From Mycobacterium sp. (GTDB lineage Bacteria; Actinomycetota; Actinomycetes; Mycobacteriales; Mycobacteriaceae), in NCBI GenBank assembly GCA_018882965.1, contig VEQY01000016.1:308-64307 (forward strand): a stretch of 64,000 nucleotides of DNA, in the 5' to 3' direction. Below the pieces are notes generated by a model. It was not told where the DNA came from, did no database searches, and worked only from the letters and a program-made list of their open reading frames with translations. Positions 57,556 to 64,000 of the stretch are shown here, one piece after another. The position numbers were made by a program, and so were the translations under genes. Position 1 is the stretch's first letter. Each line of letters opens with the position of its first letter.

Positions 57556-57809
57556 TCCGCCGAGCGGAAATACGGTTCGACCGTGCCGCTGAGCTTGATC
57601 AGCATCGGGTTTCCGCGACGGTCCCTGGCGGTGGGCACCTCCACCCGCACCCACCCCTCGGCCACGTCGTACTCGTGAACGTTGGTCTTCTCGGTGCCGT
57701 TGAAGCGAATGCCGACCCCGCGCAGCAGAATCTCTTCGTCGTAGAACGGACTGCCGGGGTCGGTGCACAGGTGATTCGGTGGCACCTCTGCGGTCTGGTC
57801 CTCGGACAT
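57552..57809 (-). CDS. DUF3297 family protein
   Basis: PFYDEEIL.RGVGIRFNG.EKTNV.EY.V.EGWVRV; begins 29 nt after the tRNA-Ala 3' end. Confidence 0.85.
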   Translation of the reverse strand: MSEDQTAEVPPNHLCTDPGSPFYDEEILLRGVGIRFNGTEKTNVHEYDVAEGWVRVEVPTARDRRGNPMLIKLSGTVEPYFRSAD

Positions 57810-57838
57810 GATGGCTTTCGTTCAGTCTGCGCTTGCAC

Positions 57839-57914
57839 TGGTGGAGCTAAGGGGAATCGAACCCCTGACCTACTCGATGCGAACGAGTCGCGCTACCAAC
57901 TGCGCCATAGCCCC
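57839..57914 (-). tRNA. tRNA-Ala(CGC), 76 nt, CCA encoded
   Basis: GGGGCTA/TAGCTCC acceptor with G3-U70; anticodon arm ACTCG-TTCGCAT-CGAGT. Confidence 0.98.
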
Positions 57915-57953
57915 GTGACCGCTAGCAGGCTACCAGCCGGGCGGGCGGGGTTC

Positions 57954-58946
57954 CTATTGCCCGGCTGCCCGCGGCAGGTCGTAGTGGCGGCTGTAGGGCA
58001 TCTCGTCGAGGTGCTCGAACATCGGGTCCTCGTCGTCGATGTCGAGCACCACCGCGCCGGGGCGCTGGAAGCGGCCGGTGTCCTCGAACCCGCGCCAGTC
58101 GGCGGCGTACTCCGCGGCCGCACGCATCCGCTCCATGCGGTGCTGGCGACGGCGGCGCACCTGCGCCTCGATGCGGGTCTGCCGCCGCAGGTAGCCCAGG
58201 TAGAGCACGGTCACCGCGGCCGCGGCACCGCAGGTCCACCACAGCCGGTCGCTGACGGTGAACGCCAGCACGGCGGTGATGACCATGACCACCGACATTG
58301 CGGTGAGCATGCGCATCCGGAAGCGGTACTTGCGTGCGCTGACCGCCACCGCGGCACTGGAGTCCAGCCGGCGTTCCCGGCTGCTGCGGCGTACCAGCAC
58401 CGGCTCGTCGTCGGCCGGCTCGTCCTCGGCCTCCAGGCCCGAGGTGTCCTCGACATACTCGTAGACGTCCTCGTCGGCGGTAGTCGGCTCGGGTGCCGCG
58501 GCGGACTCGGCCTGGCCGGATTCGAACAGGCTCTGCTGCACCGCCGCCACCGGCTCGGTCGCCGGGCTGTCCTCGGGGCTGTATTGGAGGCTCTCCTCGA
58601 TGTCCTCCTCGATGACGTCGACGTCGAGGTAGTCCTGCTCGGCCGGGGCCGTCAACTCGCCCATCGCCTGGATCGAATGCGCCCGGGTGTCCTCCTCGGC
58701 GCACTCGGCCTCGGCGACCTCGTCGAAGTGGTCCCCGGAGCGCTGCCAGTCCGGGTCGTGGTGGTGTCCGGCCGCCGGCCCGCCCCGCCGGGCCAGCCGG
58801 GAGGCGCCGTTGAGCACCCGGGTGGACAGGGCGACGTCGCTGGTGCGGCGGACCCGGTCACGCCGGTTGGTGAGCATGGGCACCAGGACGAACAACCACA
58901 GCACCACGAGGGAGATCCAGAGCAGTGACTGAGGGATGCTGGGCAT
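57954..58946 (-). CDS. glpR: Divisome membrane protein GlpR/SepX (Rv0996 homolog)
   Basis: MPSIPQSLLWISLVVLWLFVLVPML, acidic disordered middle, two TM helices, RRQTRIEAQVRRRR; synteny with glp. Confidence 0.88.
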   Translation of the reverse strand: MPSIPQSLLWISLVVLWLFVLVPMLTNRRDRVRRTSDVALSTRVLNGASRLARRGGPAAGHHHDPDWQRSGDHFDEVAEAECAEEDTRAHSIQAMGELTAPAEQDYLDVDVIEEDIEESLQYSPEDSPATEPVAAVQQSLFESGQAESAAAPEPTTADEDVYEYVEDTSGLEAEDEPADDEPVLVRRSSRERRLDSSAAVAVSARKYRFRMRMLTAMSVVMVITAVLAFTVSDRLWWTCGAAAAVTVLYLGYLRRQTRIEAQVRRRRQHRMERMRAAAEYAADWRGFEDTGRFQRPGAVVLDIDDEDPMFEHLDEMPYSRHYDLPRAAGQ

Positions 58947-59014
58947 GTGGCCTCTTCCTTTCCCAACCAGGCTAGGTCTGCGATACCGGTGGTCCCCGGC
59001 GGCGCGCCGACACC

Positions 59015-59032
59015 AATTACACATGTGTAATT
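59015..59032. promoter_or_regulatory. Perfect 18-bp palindrome AATTACACATGTGTAATT upstream of glpR
   Basis: Read directly; AT-rich dyad in a high-GC background. Confidence 0.65.
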
Positions 59033-59089
59033 CACGGAAGACAAGCACCAACAGCCACAAGTGTCACATTTGCAACACAGAAGGCGGCG

Positions 59090-59743
59090 TCAGTGCCACC
59101 GGGCCAGGCCCCGGTTGACCAGCCGGGCGGCCATCGAGCCGTCGACCTCCTCGGCGGTGACGGCCAGCAGGAGGTGGTCCCGCCAGGCGCCGTCGACGTC
59201 GAGGTAGCGCTTGAGCAGACCCTCCTCGCGGAAGCCCACCTTGGCCAGCACCCGCCGGCTGGCGACGTTCTCCGGGCGCACGGTGGCCTCCACGCGGTGC
59301 AGGGACACCGGCCCGAAGCAGTGGTCCAATCCCAGGGCCAGCGCCGCGGTGGCCACCCCGCTGCCGGTCACCTCGCGGGAGACCCAGTACCCGATCCAGG
59401 CTGAGCGCAGCGCCCCGCGGGTCACGTTGCCGATCGTCAGCTGGCCGCAGAAGCGACCGTCCACCTCGATGACGTAAGGCAGCATCCGCCCCCGGCGCGC
59501 TTCGGCACGCAAATCTGAGCACAACGTCGGCCAGGACGAAACCGCATGGCGCACAGTCCATTCCAGCTCAGCGGTGGGTTCCCACGGTTCGAGGTGTGAA
59601 CGCTCGGCGAGCCGGATGCGGCTCCACTGCGCGGCGTCACGCATGCGCACCGGGCGCAGCCGGATCACCCCGAGGGGCACCCGCAGCGGTCCCACCGCCC
59701 GGGGCCAGCCCGGGTGCGCGGAACCGACCCGCCACAGGTTCAC
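59090..59743 (-). CDS. rimJ: RimJ/RimL family GNAT N-acetyltransferase (Rv0995 homolog)
   Basis: HPGWP, AWIGYWV, LHRVEATVRPEN.ASR.VL.KVGFREEGL. Confidence 0.92.
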   Translation of the reverse strand: MNLWRVGSAHPGWPRAVGPLRVPLGVIRLRPVRMRDAAQWSRIRLAERSHLEPWEPTAELEWTVRHAVSSWPTLCSDLRAEARRGRMLPYVIEVDGRFCGQLTIGNVTRGALRSAWIGYWVSREVTGSGVATAALALGLDHCFGPVSLHRVEATVRPENVASRRVLAKVGFREEGLLKRYLDVDGAWRDHLLLAVTAEEVDGSMAARLVNRGLARWH

Positions 59744-59748
59744 GCGCG

Positions 59749-60978
59749 TCAGCCGCGCTGGGCCAGGAAAGCGACGTCGACGTACTCGCCGGCCGGGACC
59801 GTCTCGACGTCGTCGGGAACGATGAGCAGGCAGTTGGCCTCGGCCAGCGAGGCCAGCAGGTGCGAGGAACCGCCCGGGTTCTCGCCGATCGCCTCGACCA
59901 GGTAGTCCCCGGTGTCCTCGTCGCGCAGCAGCTGCCCGCGCAGGAACCCGGTGCGGCCCGGCTGCGACTTCACCGGGGACAGCGTCCGGGCCCGCACGAC
60001 CCGCCGCATCGGATGGCGTTTGCCCAGCGAGAGCCGGATCAGCGGGCGCACCATCACCTCGAAGACCACCAGCGCGCTGACCGGGTTGGCCGGCAGCAGG
60101 AAGGTCGGTACGCCCTCCGGGCCGAGCTGGCCGAACCCCTGCACCGAGCCGGGGTGCATGGCGATGCGGGCCACCTCCACCTCCCCCAGCTCGGCCAGCA
60201 CCGTGCGCAGGCTCTCGGCGGCCGCCCCGCCGACCGCGCCCGCGATCAGCACCACCTCCACCCGGTTGAGCTGGCTTTCGACGACCTCGCGCAGCTCCTT
60301 GGGCTCGGTGCTGACGATGCCGACCCGGGTGGCCTCCGCCCCGGCGTCGCGGGCGGCCGCGGCCAGCGCGTAGGAGTTGACGTCGTAGACCTGACCGTTG
60401 CCGGGAGTGCGGGAGATGTCGACCAGTTCCCCGCCCACGCTCATCACCGCGACCCGCGGGCGCGGGTGCACCAGCACCCGTTCGCGGCCGACCGCGGCCA
60501 GCAGCCCGACCTGGGCCGGCCCGATGATCGCCCCGGCGCGCACCGCGACGTCACCGGGTTGGACGTCGTCGCCCGCGCGGCGCACGTAGGCCCCCGAGCG
60601 GACCCCGCGCAGCACCCGGACCCGCGTCTCGCCGCCGTCGGTCCAGCGCAGCGGGAGCACCGCGTCGGCCAGGGTGGGCATCGGCGCGCCGGTCTGCACC
60701 CGGGCCGCCTGTTTGGGTTGCAACCTGCTCGGCGTGCGCGCCCCGGCTTCGATGGCCCCCATCACGGGCAGCACGATCTCACCCTCGTCTGCGCTGACGT
60801 CGACGCTGCGCACCGCGTAGCCGTCGATCGCGGCCTGGTCGAAGCCGGGCATCGGCTCCTCGGTGACCACGTCCTCGGCGCACATCAGGCCCTGGGCCTC
60901 GGCGATCGGCACCCGCACCGGCCGGGGCGCCACCGCGGCCGCCATCACCTTGGCCTGCTGCTCCTCCACCGAACGCAC
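59749..60978 (-). CDS. glp: Gephyrin-like molybdotransferase Glp/MoeA1
   Basis: PGFDQAAIDGYAVRS, RVQTGAPMP, GDDVQPGD, YDVNS, MHPG. Confidence 0.93.
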   Translation of the reverse strand: MRSVEEQQAKVMAAAVAPRPVRVPIAEAQGLMCAEDVVTEEPMPGFDQAAIDGYAVRSVDVSADEGEIVLPVMGAIEAGARTPSRLQPKQAARVQTGAPMPTLADAVLPLRWTDGGETRVRVLRGVRSGAYVRRAGDDVQPGDVAVRAGAIIGPAQVGLLAAVGRERVLVHPRPRVAVMSVGGELVDISRTPGNGQVYDVNSYALAAAARDAGAEATRVGIVSTEPKELREVVESQLNRVEVVLIAGAVGGAAAESLRTVLAELGEVEVARIAMHPGSVQGFGQLGPEGVPTFLLPANPVSALVVFEVMVRPLIRLSLGKRHPMRRVVRARTLSPVKSQPGRTGFLRGQLLRDEDTGDYLVEAIGENPGGSSHLLASLAEANCLLIVPDDVETVPAGEYVDVAFLAQRG

Positions 60979-61015
60979 AGCGCGCCTTTCTGCCCGGGAC
61001 AGACCCGCCGCGGCC

Positions 61016-61936
61016 CTACTGTTCGGTCTGCTCGGTCAGGGCCAGCCGCTCGACCAGCCAACGCCGCAACTCAGGGCCGTAGTCGTCACGATCCAAGGCA
61101 AAGTCAACCGCAGCCTTCAGATAGCCGCCGGGATTTCCCAAGTCGTGTCGGGACCCGCGGTGCACGACCACGTGCACCGGGTGACCCTCGGCGATGAGTA
61201 GCGCGATGGCGTCGGTGAGCTGGATCTCCCCGCCGGCCCCGCGCTCGACGCGGCGCAGCGCGTCGAAGATCGCGCGGTCGAGGATGTAGCGGCCGGCGGC
61301 GGCGAACAGCGACGGCGCCCGGTCGGCCGGCGGCTTCTCCACCATGGCCCTGACCCGAAGCACGTCCGGGTTGGCCGAGCCGGGCACCGTCTCGACGTCG
61401 AAGACCCCGTAGGAGCTGACCTCCTCGGGGGACACCTCGATCGCGCACAGCACCGATCCGCCGTACTCGGCCCGCACCTGGGCCATCGTCTCCAGCACCC
61501 CGATGGGCAGCACCAGGTCGTCGGGCAGCAGCACCGAGACGGCGTCCTCATCCGGCGAGAGCACCGACTCCACGCAACCGACCGCATGCCCCAGGCCCAG
61601 CGGCTGGGACTGCACCACCGACTCGACCTTGATCAGCTCCGGGGCGCGGCGCACCTTGGCCAGCATCGCCTTCTTGCCGCGGGCGGCCAGGGTGCCCTCC
61701 AGCACCAGATCCTCCACGAAGTGCGCGACCACGCCGTCCTTGCCCTCGGAGGTCACGATCACCAGCCGCTCGGCCCCGGCCTCGGCGGCCTCCTCGGCCA
61801 CCAGTTCGATGCCGGGGGTGTCCACGACCGGCAGCAGTTCCTTGGGCACGGTCTTGGTGGCCGGCAGAAACCGGGTGCCCAAACCGGCCGCCGGCACCAC
61901 GGCCGTGCGGGGAATGGACACCCTGGAGGCTGACAT
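61016..61936 (-). CDS. galU: UTP--glucose-1-phosphate uridylyltransferase
   Basis: AVVPAAGLGTRFLPATKTVPKELLP, VEKP, GEIQLTDAI. Confidence 0.98.
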   Translation of the reverse strand: MSASRVSIPRTAVVPAAGLGTRFLPATKTVPKELLPVVDTPGIELVAEEAAEAGAERLVIVTSEGKDGVVAHFVEDLVLEGTLAARGKKAMLAKVRRAPELIKVESVVQSQPLGLGHAVGCVESVLSPDEDAVSVLLPDDLVLPIGVLETMAQVRAEYGGSVLCAIEVSPEEVSSYGVFDVETVPGSANPDVLRVRAMVEKPPADRAPSLFAAAGRYILDRAIFDALRRVERGAGGEIQLTDAIALLIAEGHPVHVVVHRGSRHDLGNPGGYLKAAVDFALDRDDYGPELRRWLVERLALTEQTEQ

Positions 61937-62010
61937 CGCCCCATAACCCTAATGGCACCCGCACCGGGGGCACGACGTTACGCACGGCGGGTTCTGAGAG
62001 GGTGGATCCC

Positions 62011-62619
62011 ATGGCCGCAGACTCCAAAAACGCCCGCCGGCAGGCGGTGCTGGCGGCCCGGCGCGCGCTGTCCCCGGAGGTGCGCCGCACCGAGGCAGAC
62101 CAGTTGAGCGCGCACCTCGACGCGGCCGTACGCGACGCCCGCACGGTGTGCGCCTACGTGCCGGTGGGAACCGAGCCCGGCTCACCGGCCCTGCTCGACC
62201 GGCTGCGCCAGGTGTGCCAAGAGGTGCTGCTGCCGGTGGCCCGGACCGGTCCCGGCGGCGAGCACCTGGCCCTGCAATGGGGCCGCTACGTTCCCGGCGC
62301 CGGCGACCTGACCACCGGCCGGTTCGGGGTGCCCGAGCCGCCCGAGCCGTGGCTGCCGGCCCAGGCGGTGGCGCGCGCGCAGGTGGTGCTGGTCCCGGCC
62401 CTGGCGGTCGACCGCACGGGGGTGCGGCTGGGCCGCGGCGGCGGCTTCTACGACCGGTCGCTGCCGCTGTGCGCGCCGGGAACCCGGCTGGTCGCCGTCG
62501 TCCGCGACGACGAGGTACTCGACGCGCTGCCCGCCGAACCGCACGACGTTCGGATGACCCACGCGCTGACGCCCGGTTCGGGCCTGATCGCCCTGGCGGG
62601 TCGTCCTACTAGCACTTGA
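62011..62619 (+). CDS. 5-formyltetrahydrofolate cyclo-ligase
   Basis: AYVPVGTEP, LVPALAVDRTGVRLGRGGGFYDR, EPHD. Confidence 0.94.
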   Translation: MAADSKNARRQAVLAARRALSPEVRRTEADQLSAHLDAAVRDARTVCAYVPVGTEPGSPALLDRLRQVCQEVLLPVARTGPGGEHLALQWGRYVPGAGDLTTGRFGVPEPPEPWLPAQAVARAQVVLVPALAVDRTGVRLGRGGGFYDRSLPLCAPGTRLVAVVRDDEVLDALPAEPHDVRMTHALTPGSGLIALAGRPTST

Positions 62620-62635
62620 GACGGTAGAGTGCTAA
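62609..62635 (+). promoter_or_regulatory. CIRCE element (HrcA operator)
   Basis: CTAGCACTT-N9-GAGTGCTAA versus consensus TTAGCACTC-N9-GAGTGCTAA; upstream of the Rv0991c homolog, a known HrcA-regulon gene. Confidence 0.92.
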
Positions 62636-62660
62636 CTATCCCTTCCGCCCGGAGGTTTCT

Positions 62661-63023
62661 GTGCCGACTTACAGCTACGCCTGCACCGAGTGCGACCACC
62701 GTTTCGACGCGGTCCAGGCGTTCAGCGACGATGCGCTGACCGAATGCCCGGAGTGCACGGGGCGGCTGCGCAAGCTGTTCAACTCGGTCGGGGTGGTGTT
62801 CAAGGGCAGCGGCTTCTACCGCACCGACAGCCGCGAGGCGGCCAAGAGCGGCTCCGCAGCGGGCGCGTCGGGTAAGTCCGCCGAGTCGTCGGGGTCCTCG
62901 GAGTCCGGGGGGTCGAAGGACTCCTCCTCGTCGGGGACGTCCAGCGACTCCGGTGGCTCGAGTGCCTCGCCGGCGGCAAGCTCGTCCGGCGGCGCCTCCA
63001 CTCCCGCTCCCGCCAAGAGCTAG
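62661..63023 (+). CDS. ruc: FmdB-family zinc-ribbon protein / redox-regulated chaperone (Rv0991c homolog)
   Basis: MPTYSYACTEC...CPEC.G.LRK..GVVFKGSGFYRTDSR with Ser/Gly-rich tail. Confidence 0.92.
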   Translation: MPTYSYACTECDHRFDAVQAFSDDALTECPECTGRLRKLFNSVGVVFKGSGFYRTDSREAAKSGSAAGASGKSAESSGSSESGGSKDSSSSGTSSDSGGSSASPAASSSGGASTPAPAKS

Positions 63024-63087
63024 CGGCTATCCACACCGTCCGCCTCGGCGGTCATCACCGCGCGCCGCCGGGTCCTACCGTGGCGCC

Positions 63088-63753
63088 ATGGGTGACTCGC
63101 TCAATCCCACTCTGCTGAACCGCATTTCCCGCGCCGTGCGGCCGGACTTCGCCCGCACGATCCTGGCCCGTCGTATCGCGGCCGGGCTGCTGGTGGTGCT
63201 GGCGGCGCTCTCCGCGCTACGTGCCGACCCGGACGGCTCCGAGACGGACGTGGTGGTGGCGGCCGGCGATCTGGGGCCCGGCCGTGCGCTTAAGGCCGAT
63301 CTGCTCCGTCTGGAAAAACGTTCCGCCACCGGACTTCCCGACGGCGCGCTGACCGACATCAACGCCGTCCTCGGCGCCACCCTGGCCGGCCCGGTGCGCC
63401 GCGGCGAGGTGCTCACCGACGTGCGGGTGCTCGGCTCCCGGCTGGCTGGGCTGGCTGCCGGCCCCGACGCGCGCGTGGTCCCGATCACCCTCAGCGACGC
63501 GGCGGTCGCCGAGGTCATCCGCGCGGGTGACGTGGTGGACGTCCTGGGGTCGGCAGCGGCGGCGGGCGAAACAGGCGCCGAGGCGCGGCCACGACTGCTG
63601 GCGGCCAACGCCGTGGTGGTGTCGGTCACCGCTCCCTCGGCAAATCCCGGCCACGGCGGCAACCGGGTCGTGCTGGTCGCCCTTCCGGCGCCGGCCGCCA
63701 CCGCGCTCGCCGGCGCCTCGCTGACGCGAGAGGTGACGCTGACGATCCACTGA
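63088..63753 (+). CDS. SAF-domain protein (Rv0990c homolog)
   Basis: VVVAAGDL, GPVRRGEVLTDVRV, GDVVDVL; TACCGT 6 nt upstream of ATG. Confidence 0.88.
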   Translation: MGDSLNPTLLNRISRAVRPDFARTILARRIAAGLLVVLAALSALRADPDGSETDVVVAAGDLGPGRALKADLLRLEKRSATGLPDGALTDINAVLGATLAGPVRRGEVLTDVRVLGSRLAGLAAGPDARVVPITLSDAAVAEVIRAGDVVDVLGSAAAAGETGAEARPRLLAANAVVVSVTAPSANPGHGGNRVVLVALPAPAATALAGASLTREVTLTIH

Positions 63754-63830
63754 GAATGAGCTGACCAGCGGTGCGCTAGTGTTCTTCCGCACTCACATTC
63801 GCACTACCGAGAACCAGTGAAAGGCCAACT

Positions 63831-64000
63831 GTGTTAAAGGGATTCAAGGAGTTCCTCTCCCGCGGCAACATCGTCGACCTGTCGGTCGCGGTGGTCATCG
63901 GAACGGCGTTCACCGGACTGGTCACCAAGTTCACCGACAGCGTCGTCCAGCCGCTGATCGACCGGGCCGGTGCGGGCAAGGACGCCGCCTACGGCTTTCT
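63831..64000 (+). CDS. mscL: Large-conductance mechanosensitive channel (5' part, runs off the window)
   Basis: GTG TTA AAG GGA TTC: [31 protein letters not shown]. Confidence 0.95.
   Translation, partial: MLKGFKEFLSRGNIVDLSVAVVIGTAFTGLVTKFTDSVVQPLIDRAGAGKDAAYGF

Noticed and set aside
57839-57860. Search for duplicated tRNA 3' ends (att sites) of tRNA-Ala and tRNA-Leu
   Set aside because: No second copy noticed by eye and no integrase, so no mobile element is called
62609-62635. CIRCE element as a novel finding
   Set aside because: Real, but already known for the Rv0991c-Rv0990c locus; listed as a feature only

Overview
High-GC actinobacterial chromosome segment, almost certainly a mycobacterium (probably a rapid grower, Mycolicibacterium-like). 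Most of it is the conserved backbone syntenic, as I recall the gene order, with M. tuberculosis Rv1026 to Rv0985c: ppx2, DUF501, ftsB, eno, lpqU, mazG, mfd, tRNA-Gln, glmU, prs, lpqT, rplY, pth, pks16/FAAL, ispE, rsmA, rpfB, tatD, metG, pabB-like, rsmI, pmt, arcA, DUF5642 pair, pat, then tRNA-Ala, glpR, rimJ, glp/moeA, galU, 5-FTHF cyclo-ligase, CIRCE-ruc, SAF protein and a partial mscL. Three accessory blocks interrupt it. (1) 1-8321, around tRNA-Leu(UAA): a STAND/LuxR regulator, a 1101-aa secreted beta-propeller/Ig-repeat protein, three copies of a 58-bp REP-like hairpin, three copies of a 16-bp operator-like motif, a divergent acyltransferase and a 36-aa Cys-rich small ORF absent from the ORF track. 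(2) A TAXI-TRAP transporter pair between pth and pks16. (3) About 17 kb past the 3' end of tRNA-Ala: amine oxidase, MmpL13-like transporter, type III PKS, methyltransferase and FAD oxidoreductase coupled to pat, a WXG100 plus WXG-hydrolase pair, glycogen phosphorylase, PPK2, a secreted esterase and a P450. No integrase, transposase or CRISPR array was seen. All homology calls come from motif recognition and recalled synteny, not database searches.
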